Source: an uncultured Acidobacteriota bacterium (GTDB lineage: Bacteria > Acidobacteriota > Terriglobia > UBA7540). Taken from it: 64,000 nt of DNA. Positions 52,669-61,165 of the stretch are shown in pieces (the stretch's first letter is position 1; every line of letters starts with the position of its first letter). A program made the position numbers and the translations under genes. Location of the stretch: the NCBI GenBank assembly GCA_963804995.1, contig CAWDSK010000003.1, forward strand, positions 1,024,001-1,088,000, given 5' to 3'. A model generated the notes under the pieces. The model searched no databases, had not been told where the DNA came from, and saw only the letters and a program-made list of their open reading frames with translations.

Positions 52669-52896
52669 GGATATTTCCTCCAAATGCGGAAAGTGGGACG
52701 ACATCGGGACAAAACCGGGAAGAGTTATTGCGACTAATGTGTATCACACCGGGGCGCGAGGAGTCGACACCTGAATGCGGCCACCGGCGCTGCGCCGCCT
52801 CGCTGAAGAGCGCGTAGCGCACCGTCGTTAAGGTCTGCGGTTCTTCGTTTGCCGATTGAATAAATGTATCGTGGTGCAGAAGCCGCCCGTGTAGCG

Positions 52897-54809
52897 GTTG
52901 CGGTAGGGATACCGGTTACCCGGTACCCCCCGCACGGATCCGTACGTGCGCTGGTTAGCGCATACGGCTCTTATCTCGGATGTGTGGCGGCGAACCGTTG
53001 GGATGGCCAAGGATGCACAACGTGCGGAGCAGGCAACCAGCAGGCCGCAAGCTTCCCCAGTCGGTCCCAGTTGAGGCGGTGGCGTTGACTGCGTTGACGC
53101 AGTTGTGTTCGCCACAGTCGGGTCAACCGTTCCCGAAAGATTCGCAGGCGGTCGAGGTTTCCCGGTACCGCGTGATAGTTGAAGTAGCCTTGCACGACCG
53201 ACCGGAGCCATTTACCCGTATCCGCGATGGGATCGTGCCGACGCTGCCGGAGTTGTTGCTTGAGTTCCTGCAACTTCCCCCGCAGGCGCTTGCTGATCGT
53301 CTTCCGCTTCACGGTAAATTGCCCCCTCCGGTTCTTCCCGCTGATATGCGTGAAGCCCAGAAAGTCGAACGTCTCCGGCTTACCTTCTCCTCTCCGTTTC
53401 CGGTAAAGTTCGGCAAACGGCCCGAACTCGATCCGGCGCGTTTTGTCAGGATGCAGTTCCAATCCAAACTTCCCCACCCGCTCCCGGAAATCCTCCAGAA
53501 AGCGGTCGGCTTCCGTCTGCGATTGGAATCCAAGGACCGTATCGTCGGCATACCGCACCACGACCACGTCTCCCCGGGCGTGCTTCTTGCGCCACGCCTG
53601 CACCCACAGGTCAAAGACGTAGTGCAGATAGATATTCGCCAGCAGGGGCGAGACCACCGCCCCTTGTGGCGTACCCATCTCCGTCTCCGACCATTCGCCT
53701 TCCTCCCTCACCCCGGCTTTCAGCCATTTCTGGATGAGCCGGAGAATCCGGGGGTCGGCGACGCGATGCTGCACGAACTTGAGCATCCATTCGTGGGATA
53801 TCGAATCGAAAAATCCACGAATGTCCGCGTCAAGAACGTAGTTCACGTGCTTCACCGTGAGCGCGTACGAGGGCGCGTCCAGCGCTTGATGCTGGCTGCA
53901 TCCCGGTCGAAAGCCATACGAGAAGCCCAGAAAGTCTTCCTCGTAAATCGCATTGAGGATGGTGACCACGGCCTGTTGGACGATCTTGTCCTCCAGTGCC
54001 GCAACCCCCAACGGACGTTGCCGCCCGTCGCCTTTCGGGATATACGCCCTTCGCGAGGGCTTCGCTCGGAATGCTCCGCGGTGGACCCGGCTGTGCAGAT
54101 CGACGAGTCGACCTTCCAGCCCGCTTTCATACTCCTGCCACGTCATGCCGTCTACTCCCGGTGCAGCTTTTCGCTTCAAGGCGTAAAAGCTTTCCCGCAG
54201 CAGATCGACCGTTAAGTGGTGGAGCAAGGCCGTGAACTTCATCTCCCTGTGTTCCTTCGCGGCTTTCCGCACACCCGCGAGTCCCTGGGACACGCGTGCC
54301 CCGCTCTGTGTCGGGTGCGTGTTAGGCCAACGGGTGTTCTCCTTGATCAGCGGCCTTCCCTCCTCATTCTCCGCCAACGGCTTCCCGTCTTTGTTCAAAT
54401 GATTCATCGGCACTGTTCCGCTGTCCGACTCCTCGAAAGCGTGCAGGCGGGCTGTACGGCCATCGCCTTTTCCCGCCGTCCGGCCACGATCTACGGCGGC
54501 CGGCGCCTCCGAGGTCTCCCGGTTCTCGTGCAGAAAGTGTCTAGGCGTGTCTGGGGTCTACGACTACGCAGGACTGTGCCGGAACTCGCGTTGGCGTCCC
54601 GGCCTCATGTTGCCTTCCGTTTAGTCTGAAAACGTCGGCGTCCTGATTGGACATTTTCGAAGCTCAATACCCAGCCCACCTATTCCCCTGTTTACGCTTC
54701 ACCGTGCGCCTCACGACGCCCAGCGCAAAACTCGGGGCCGAGTGGATCGCTGCTCCTTCCTCGTGAGAAATTTTCATTCTCTGCTTTCTGCCGGTTTATC
54801 CCGGCGCAC
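52897..54809 (-). mobile_element. Group II intron, copy 2 (1913 bp)
   Basis: Offset 8291 bp from copy 1 with the same GTGCG...AAC ends; about 8 substitutions seen by eye. Confidence 0.96.
52971..54407 (-). CDS. ltrA: Group II intron reverse transcriptase/maturase
   Basis: Near-identical to 44680-46116 (five amino-acid differences seen). Confidence 0.95.
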   Translation of the reverse strand: MNHLNKDGKPLAENEEGRPLIKENTRWPNTHPTQSGARVSQGLAGVRKAAKEHREMKFTALLHHLTVDLLRESFYALKRKAAPGVDGMTWQEYESGLEGRLVDLHSRVHRGAFRAKPSRRAYIPKGDGRQRPLGVAALEDKIVQQAVVTILNAIYEEDFLGFSYGFRPGCSQHQALDAPSYALTVKHVNYVLDADIRGFFDSISHEWMLKFVQHRVADPRILRLIQKWLKAGVREEGEWSETEMGTPQGAVVSPLLANIYLHYVFDLWVQAWRKKHARGDVVVVRYADDTVLGFQSQTEADRFLEDFRERVGKFGLELHPDKTRRIEFGPFAELYRKRRGEGKPETFDFLGFTHISGKNRRGQFTVKRKTISKRLRGKLQELKQQLRQRRHDPIADTGKWLRSVVQGYFNYHAVPGNLDRLRIFRERLTRLWRTQLRQRSQRHRLNWDRLGKLAACWLPAPHVVHPWPSQRFAATHPR

Positions 54810-55161
54810 CAGACCTCCGTCGTTGAGGTCTGCGGTTCTTCGTTTGCCGATTGAATAAATGTATCGTGGTGCAGACGTCGGGTGGAAGATTTGTGGGTAT
54901 TCATTACGAAAAACCGCGGACCCCAAAACCGGGGGACCGCGCTACGAAACATGTCCGCGCTGCGCTTACTTGAATCAACCACCCTCGGTTGCCGCGGCGA
55001 CAGAGGAGGGACCGCGTAGCGGCAGGGCCCCCAGAGAAAAAATAAGCGCCTGATTACCCAAACGGATGTATAGTCATTTCGATAGTCCCTCAAGGCAAAA
55101 ACTTAAACCAGAGTCGGCGAAGACCCAGTGCATGAATTTCCATGAGGCGGAGGATAGAGTC

Positions 55162-56583
55162 ATGAAAACTCAACGCAAAACGGCGGTCAGAGTTCTGCTT
55201 GCTTTCGTCGCAGCAGCCTTGATCATACCTGTGGTTCGCACCTCGGGCGGACCGGCAAAAGGCCCGGTTGATCCTGGGGTGAGGGCAGGCGCGCCCAGTG
55301 CAGGCGATCCTCTCAAAAACCTTACGGCGGATGAAACCGCCTTTTTCCAGGATGGATTCGCCCGGTTCGCGGAAGTTGAGGCTGTGTCAGGAGGCGCGAA
55401 CAACGGCCTGGGGCCGCGCTTCAACTCCAACCAATGCCTGTCTTGCCACTCGCAGCCGGCTCCGGGCGGATCGAGTCCGGCGCAGAATCCCTTGATTGCC
55501 GTGGCCACGCTCAACGGGGCAAAGAACGTCGTGCCTTGGTTCATCACACCGAATGGCCCTGCCCGTGAGGTCCGCTTTAAGCGCAGTGTCAACGGCAGTT
55601 ACGACGGCGGGGTGCACAACCTTTTCGTTGTCACGGGCCGCAGTGACGCCCGGGGATGCAATATTCTTCAGCCCGATTTCCTCCCGGCTGGAAATCCGGT
55701 CACCGGCCAGGGCGGGAATTCCAATCTCACCTTCCGCATCCCAACGCCGATGTTCGGCGCGGGGCTTATCGAAGCGATCCCTGACGCGGCCATCCTCGCG
55801 AATATGCAAGCCGACCGGGGCGCCAAGTCGGACATGGGCATCTTCGGACACCCCAACGCGCACCTGGGCGGCAACGCGAACCTCAGCGCCAACGATGGAA
55901 CCATTACCCGCTTCGGTTGGAAGGCCCAGAACAAGTCGCTGTTGATGTTCTCGGGTGAGGCCTACAACGTGGAGATGGGAATCTCGAACCAATTGTTCCC
56001 CCAGGAGCGCGACGATACCCCTGGCTGTCTCTTCATCGCCACGCCCAACGACGCACTTAATTTCACGACCACGGCCACGGGCGCCACCAATCCGGCGGTC
56101 GTCTCCGACATCGAGGCCTTTGCCAACTACATGCGCATGCTGGCTCCGCCCACTCCCGCTCCCGACACGCCGTCCATCGTGAGTGGCCGCGCCGACTTCA
56201 TCAAGGTAGGCTGCGCCCAATGCCACACGCCCTCGTTAACCACGGGCCAGAGTATTGCCAGCGGCTCCTCGAGGGTGCCAAGTGCCGCCCTGTCCAATCA
56301 GAAAGTGGTTCTCTGGTCCGACCTTCTCGTCCACCACATGGGGAAAGGTCTGGCGGACGGCATCACGCAAGGGAGTGCCGGCCCCGATGAGTTCCGCACC
56401 TCGCCGCTCTGGGGCCTTGGGCAACGCATCTTCTTCCTTCACGACGGACGCACCACGGACCTGGTGGAAGCTATCGAGGAGCACAAGAGCCAGGGGAGCG
56501 AGGCGGACAAGGTCGTCGACCGCTTTAATCACCTGAAGGCGCCGGAGAAGCAGAACCTCCTCAACTTCTTGCGAGCGCTTTAG
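55162..56583 (+). CDS. Di-heme oxidoreductase (DHOR) family protein
   Basis: GLGPRFN...CLSCH, FGAGLIEAIPD, RFGWKA, CAQCH, SDLLVHHMG, FRTSPLWGLG, LHDGR. Confidence 0.9.
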   Translation: MKTQRKTAVRVLLAFVAAALIIPVVRTSGGPAKGPVDPGVRAGAPSAGDPLKNLTADETAFFQDGFARFAEVEAVSGGANNGLGPRFNSNQCLSCHSQPAPGGSSPAQNPLIAVATLNGAKNVVPWFITPNGPAREVRFKRSVNGSYDGGVHNLFVVTGRSDARGCNILQPDFLPAGNPVTGQGGNSNLTFRIPTPMFGAGLIEAIPDAAILANMQADRGAKSDMGIFGHPNAHLGGNANLSANDGTITRFGWKAQNKSLLMFSGEAYNVEMGISNQLFPQERDDTPGCLFIATPNDALNFTTTATGATNPAVVSDIEAFANYMRMLAPPTPAPDTPSIVSGRADFIKVGCAQCHTPSLTTGQSIASGSSRVPSAALSNQKVVLWSDLLVHHMGKGLADGITQGSAGPDEFRTSPLWGLGQRIFFLHDGRTTDLVEAIEEHKSQGSEADKVVDRFNHLKAPEKQNLLNFLRAL

Positions 56584-56624
56584 CTGGATTTGTCACCCGA
56601 CTAAACGCAAATCCTTCCACGGTT

Positions 56625-56657
56625 GGCGCAGACCTCGGCTCTTGGGGGTCTGCGCTG
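56625..56657. repeat. REP hairpin (GCGCAGACCTC-loop-GGGGTCTGCGC), same family as the intron targets
   Basis: ggcgcagacctcggctcttgggggtctgcgctg between convergent genes. Confidence 0.8.
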
Positions 56658-56674
56658 GCCGCATCCTTACCTGC

Positions 56675-59600
56675 TCAAAACCGTACTTCAATTTGCAGTG
56701 CCCCTTTTCTCAGTGGCAACCGGATGCGCTGCTGCTCTGGGTCGAAATCGCGCCATGCCTGACCGTCGATCTCGACGGACTGGAGAGGCTTGCCGTCAGG
56801 GGCGCGGACCACGAAGTAGGCAGCCTGGTAGGGATTCCGCTCCGGCAGTTCGACGGTAATGTGAGCGCCCTCCCCGGTCGCTTCCATCCGATAGCTCAGT
56901 GGGCCAAAATACGTCGGGGCATTCTGAACTTCAATCTTCTGCCCGGGAGCGAGCCATCGTCGTGGGACACCCGCCGCCAGCCACAGCGTGTCTTGATCTT
57001 CGCGCACCAGCAGGTCACGCAATCGATTCACGAACTTAGCTTCGTCCGGAACCTTATAAAACGGCCCGCTGGGCGATCGCCACTGGCGGTATTCTTCGGT
57101 GAAAACATTCACATCCGGGTAATAACAGGCTACAAAGTCGTTGTAAAGGTTGCGCAGGGCCGCGGGGATTTCGTTGCGGCGCAAATAGGTGAGAATCGGA
57201 TTCTGAAGGTTGGCTTGAAAGACCATGCCTCCCCGGCTGAACCAATACTGGTCATCCACCCACCCGTGCACGAAGAGCCCCAGCGAAGTTGACATCGTCA
57301 GGTTATCTTCCCAATCATCCAGAACCCAGTTCGCCAGTGGCTCGTCGGCATGAAAGGTGTCCGTAGATAGTAGGATCATCGGCCCGTAGAGCGCCTCACG
57401 CGTGGCGGAAAGCCGGTAGGTGGGAAGAACTTTCACGGGATATCGCGAATAGTAACCAACCCGCAGGGGCCCGAAGAGCCGGATGCGTTGATAGGGCCGA
57501 GTCGGAACGTAGGGAATATAGGTGTTGTCGCGTAAACGCACAACGGGCGCAATCCGCGTAGCGCGCAGCACGGCATCGCGCAGGTCCTGCGTGTAGGCGC
57601 TGGCTTCCTGCGCGTATTGCCCGGCGGAGGGATCGCCCGCGTCAGACAGTGCTTGCGCAAGCCGCGTCATGCCTGCCGCCGCCAGGGCATTTACCGAAAA
57701 CCAATGGCCCCAATCGTCGTTGTCCTCCAGGTGCCCCGCGGGCAGCAGCCCATACTCAGGAATCTTTTCACCCGCATCGCGAAGCTCCGTGAGCTGCCGT
57801 TCTTTAACGACCCAATCCGCCGCCCTCTTCATGCTGGTCGCGGCCCGGCGGAGCCAGTCTTTATCGCGCGTGAAGAAGTAATGTTCGCCCAGCGCCCAGA
57901 GCACCGTGCCGTGGTCAAGGTTGTACTCCGCGGCAGTGTAGTCGTACTCGCTATTGACGCGCGCCCCGTGGTAGACCTCGCGCTGGTCACCCACAAAGGT
58001 CCCGGCAAAGGGCTTCGAACCCTGCAGGCGGAGAAAGGATTCAAGATACTCGGCCGCCAGCGCGTGATCGCCGAGGGCATCCAGCAGCACGCATTGGAAA
58101 GCCGCCTCATTGGCAAAAACAGTGTAGCCGTAGCCTGCCGCCGGAACCATGTAGAGGCCGCTCTTGGGATCCTTGGTGGTACTCATGCGCATGTGCGGAA
58201 TAATCGCCCGCGCAAAGCTCACAAAGCGCCGCTCCGGCACATCCAAGGGAATGGAGAGGGCAGTGACCTGCCGCCAGTAATCCACAACCCGGGCCCGTTC
58301 CTGTTCGTAATCGAGTTTCGCGAGACGCGCTCGCTCCTGGGGAGTGAGCCGGGGAATGAAGGGCAGCGAGAGGAACAGGCTTTTCGCTTCACCCGCTCGC
58401 AAGGGGATTTCCGCGTGAATCCCGTGCAGCGTTTTCGCTCCATCGGGAACGGCCACTGATAAGATTGGATTGGATTCCGCGAGGCGCACGCGCGCCCGAA
58501 CCAGTTGCCCATCCGCGTTCACAAGTTCGCCCTCGCGAAAAGAAAGTTCCTCATCAGGATCTGTGGCGAGCCACAGGTGTGACACCGCCGCGGCGGCGCC
58601 AGGATTGCGAGCAGTGACCTTCAGCATTAATACAGCGGGCATCTGTTCGTTGCGCTGCGGGTCATCGGGTCCCAGAGGACCTGAAAGCAAAGTCGCGAAG
58701 CCCTCCTCGCGATATTCAATTCCGTCGGTTGTCCACAGCGCCGTGGCCACCGGGAGGTAATCTTCCAACACGGAAAGTTTTGAATCTCGTGACGCCGGCC
58801 GGTACTGCGGCGTCCTGCCCGTTCCGATGCGCCAGGAGATGCGGTCGCCCTTCCACTCCAGCCGCCGCAATTCTGCTCCCTTCGCCTTCGTACCGGATTT
58901 GCTGATGGTGATGTTGCCTCCCCATTCAAAGGCAAACTTCTGCCAGCTTGCGTCCGCCGCGAGGGGAAGATACAGCCTGCCCCCCTGCCGCTCCACCGGA
59001 TCGAGCGCCGGAATCTCGCTCGAAGCGCGTTCATAAGTTTGCTCGGGTTCGGTTGCGAGCTTTTCGCGAATCTTCTCACCCTGACGGACGAGGGAAGGCG
59101 AATACTGGCGCGCGTCAGAAGCCAGCGTCACATAGGCGTGAAAGTCCGGAACGTAGACGGGCCCTTTCTCGACATCCGGCGTGGCGAAGGAGAAGGTGCG
59201 ATCTCCCGCCTCGAGCGTAACCACCGTCACATCCTCGGAACCGGGCAGCGAGGGTTCCGCGGCCACGACATTCACGATCAGCCCTTTCGGCTCACCTTGT
59301 GTGGTGACGCGGAATCGATCCCCCTCCGCCGTGTCCCCGGCGCTTCCCTTCCAAATTCCCACGCTGGTGAGTCGCCCGTTGTACACGCGAACTGTGCCCT
59401 GCCAGGTGTGGGCGGCTGTCTCTCCCGCACCCAGTTCCAATCGCAATTCCAGCGGCTCTTCCTGCGATCCGCTGAATACTTCCACCTTCTCTAGGAGCGG
59501 CTTCGAGGCGAAGACTATCCGCAGCTTGAGCGTCCGCCGATAGTCCACGCCCGGCAAATTTTTCGCCTTGGGATTTTCAGCCGGCGCAAGGGGTTGAAAA

Positions 59601-60025
59601 GTGAAACTACACGTCGCGCCGTGGCAATCGGCTTTCGTGGCCGCGCGTAGCCACCTTCCCTGCCAGGGATCATCCACGGGGTCTTCGATAGTAGGCATCT
59701 GCGGCGGCGGGTAAGGCCATTGACGGAACCAGTACTGCACGCTGGCGGGCCAAACTTGTGCGCCAGCCTGAAATTGCACGCGCACGGTGCGGATGTCGCG
59801 CTCCTCGGCCCATTCGAGGCCGTAGATGTATCGGCCATCCGCCGCCTTCTCAGCCTCACTTCCGGCGCGCTGCGCCTCAAGGTAATCAAACGCGACGGGC
59901 AAAGAATGCTGGTCGGCTACGCAGCAACGTTGAGCAAAGGGGGCGATGTCAAAATCGGCAGCGTGGGCTGAAACACCTGCGAGAAGCAGGCAGAGCCACC
60001 AGAGGGTGATGTCCTTCCGCTTCAT
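56675..60025 (-). CDS. Large secreted protein with (alpha/alpha)6 glycosidase-like C-terminal region
   Basis: Signal peptide MKRKDITLWWLCLLLAGVSAHA; HGTVLWALGEHYFFTRDKDWL, GLLPAGHLED, LAAGVPRRWL...APTYFG. Confidence 0.7.
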   Translation of the reverse strand: MKRKDITLWWLCLLLAGVSAHAADFDIAPFAQRCCVADQHSLPVAFDYLEAQRAGSEAEKAADGRYIYGLEWAEERDIRTVRVQFQAGAQVWPASVQYWFRQWPYPPPQMPTIEDPVDDPWQGRWLRAATKADCHGATCSFTFQPLAPAENPKAKNLPGVDYRRTLKLRIVFASKPLLEKVEVFSGSQEEPLELRLELGAGETAAHTWQGTVRVYNGRLTSVGIWKGSAGDTAEGDRFRVTTQGEPKGLIVNVVAAEPSLPGSEDVTVVTLEAGDRTFSFATPDVEKGPVYVPDFHAYVTLASDARQYSPSLVRQGEKIREKLATEPEQTYERASSEIPALDPVERQGGRLYLPLAADASWQKFAFEWGGNITISKSGTKAKGAELRRLEWKGDRISWRIGTGRTPQYRPASRDSKLSVLEDYLPVATALWTTDGIEYREEGFATLLSGPLGPDDPQRNEQMPAVLMLKVTARNPGAAAAVSHLWLATDPDEELSFREGELVNADGQLVRARVRLAESNPILSVAVPDGAKTLHGIHAEIPLRAGEAKSLFLSLPFIPRLTPQERARLAKLDYEQERARVVDYWRQVTALSIPLDVPERRFVSFARAIIPHMRMSTTKDPKSGLYMVPAAGYGYTVFANEAAFQCVLLDALGDHALAAEYLESFLRLQGSKPFAGTFVGDQREVYHGARVNSEYDYTAAEYNLDHGTVLWALGEHYFFTRDKDWLRRAATSMKRAADWVVKERQLTELRDAGEKIPEYGLLPAGHLEDNDDWGHWFSVNALAAAGMTRLAQALSDAGDPSAGQYAQEASAYTQDLRDAVLRATRIAPVVRLRDNTYIPYVPTRPYQRIRLFGPLRVGYYSRYPVKVLPTYRLSATREALYGPMILLSTDTFHADEPLANWVLDDWEDNLTMSTSLGLFVHGWVDDQYWFSRGGMVFQANLQNPILTYLRRNEIPAALRNLYNDFVACYYPDVNVFTEEYRQWRSPSGPFYKVPDEAKFVNRLRDLLVREDQDTLWLAAGVPRRWLAPGQKIEVQNAPTYFGPLSYRMEATGEGAHITVELPERNPYQAAYFVVRAPDGKPLQSVEIDGQAWRDFDPEQQRIRLPLRKGALQIEVRF

Positions 60026-60143
60026 GTGACCTTCTCCTCTCGCGTCCACAGGTTTCCCTCCTCTTTCCCCCAACCCTATCCCGGCGGGGGTCAAGGTTAG
60101 CAGTTTATTGACGATTCTGCTGAGTGTTGTTGGCGTGCGCGGA

Positions 60144-60328
60144 GGGTAGCCACGGTCAGCGATTTTCTGACCGTGGGTTCTTCTAGCGGTGGTCGAGTTA
60201 AAGGAATTTTGTTCTGGATAAGGCGACGGTGGCGGCGTGTCCCATCCAGATTGACCATGTGCGGATGAGGCTGGGATATCGGGCATCAGAAATGCCCACG
60301 GTCAGAAGATCGCTGACCGTGGCTACCC
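60144..60328. repeat. Inverted pair of family-2 REPs (REPIN-like)
   Basis: GGGTAGCCACGGTCAGCGATTTTCTGACCGTGGG at 60144 and its near reverse complement ending at 60328. Confidence 0.9.
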
Positions 60329-60492
60329 CGCTTCACGCGACGCCCCGTACTTTGGTACCAAGGCAGCAGAAGAATTTTCCTTGATTCACCCTCCAGTTTG
60401 TAGTTTATTACGCCGAGATTCACCACGAGTAGATTGGCTGTGCCGTTCTGGTATGCAGCTATGTTCGCTTCACCTTATTGACGGAGACCTTC

Positions 60493-60663
60493 ATGGCAAA
60501 TCCATGCAGCAAGTGTAATGGTACGGGCAAGTGCCCGCAGTGCAAGGGGACCGGCCACTACGGCTACCCCGGCTTCGGCCCGGTGAAGGCCTACCCCCGC
60601 CAATGCATTCCCTGTCAGAGCTCGGGCGTCTGCCCATCCTGCCGTGGCACCGGAAAGCGGTGA
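60493..60663 (+). CDS. 56-aa stand-alone DnaJ-type zinc finger
   Basis: CSKCNGTG-KCPQCKGTG ... CIPCQSSG-VCPSCRGTG; GGAG RBS. Confidence 0.8.
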   Translation: MANPCSKCNGTGKCPQCKGTGHYGYPGFGPVKAYPRQCIPCQSSGVCPSCRGTGKR

Positions 60664-60737
60664 CGGCAGCAACCCCTGCAGTTCCTCGCTCCTAGCTGAC
60701 TTGCTGGGCGGACCGAGGCGAACGGAGGAATCGAAAA

Positions 60738-61148
60738 ATGCTTGAGCCACTCCCGGAAAAGCTGGAACGGGCCTTAAGCCGCACTCTCGCCCCGAACGAG
60801 CAAGTCTTCATTAAGCTGCGGGGCGCGTTCAAGGAGGCGCTGGTCTGCACCAGCCTGCGCATCATCATCCTCAAGGCAGGCTGGATGACGGGCCAACTAT
60901 TTGGGACGGGGATGTTCCAGTGCCCCTACGCCAACGTGGCGGGGGCGCAAATCAATTTTCGTGTCCTCACCGGCTATTTTGAGCTTTCGACGGGTGGCAT
61001 GCAGAACACCCCGAAAAGCTTCTGGAAGACCGACCAGGGCATCAGCGCGGCCAAGGCACCCAACTGCGTCACGATTAGCGGTCCGCGACACGCCGAGATG
61101 TTCCAGGACGCATGCACGTTCATCATGGCGCGGGCGTCCCGGACCTAG
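60738..61148 (+). CDS. Bacterial PH-like domain protein
   Basis: LAPNEQV...EALVCTSLRIIILKAG...CPYANVAG...LTGYFEL resembles bacterial PH domains; GGAGG RBS. Confidence 0.65.
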   Translation: MLEPLPEKLERALSRTLAPNEQVFIKLRGAFKEALVCTSLRIIILKAGWMTGQLFGTGMFQCPYANVAGAQINFRVLTGYFELSTGGMQNTPKSFWKTDQGISAAKAPNCVTISGPRHAEMFQDACTFIMARASRT

Positions 61149-61165
61149 CCTTCGGAAAATTACCC

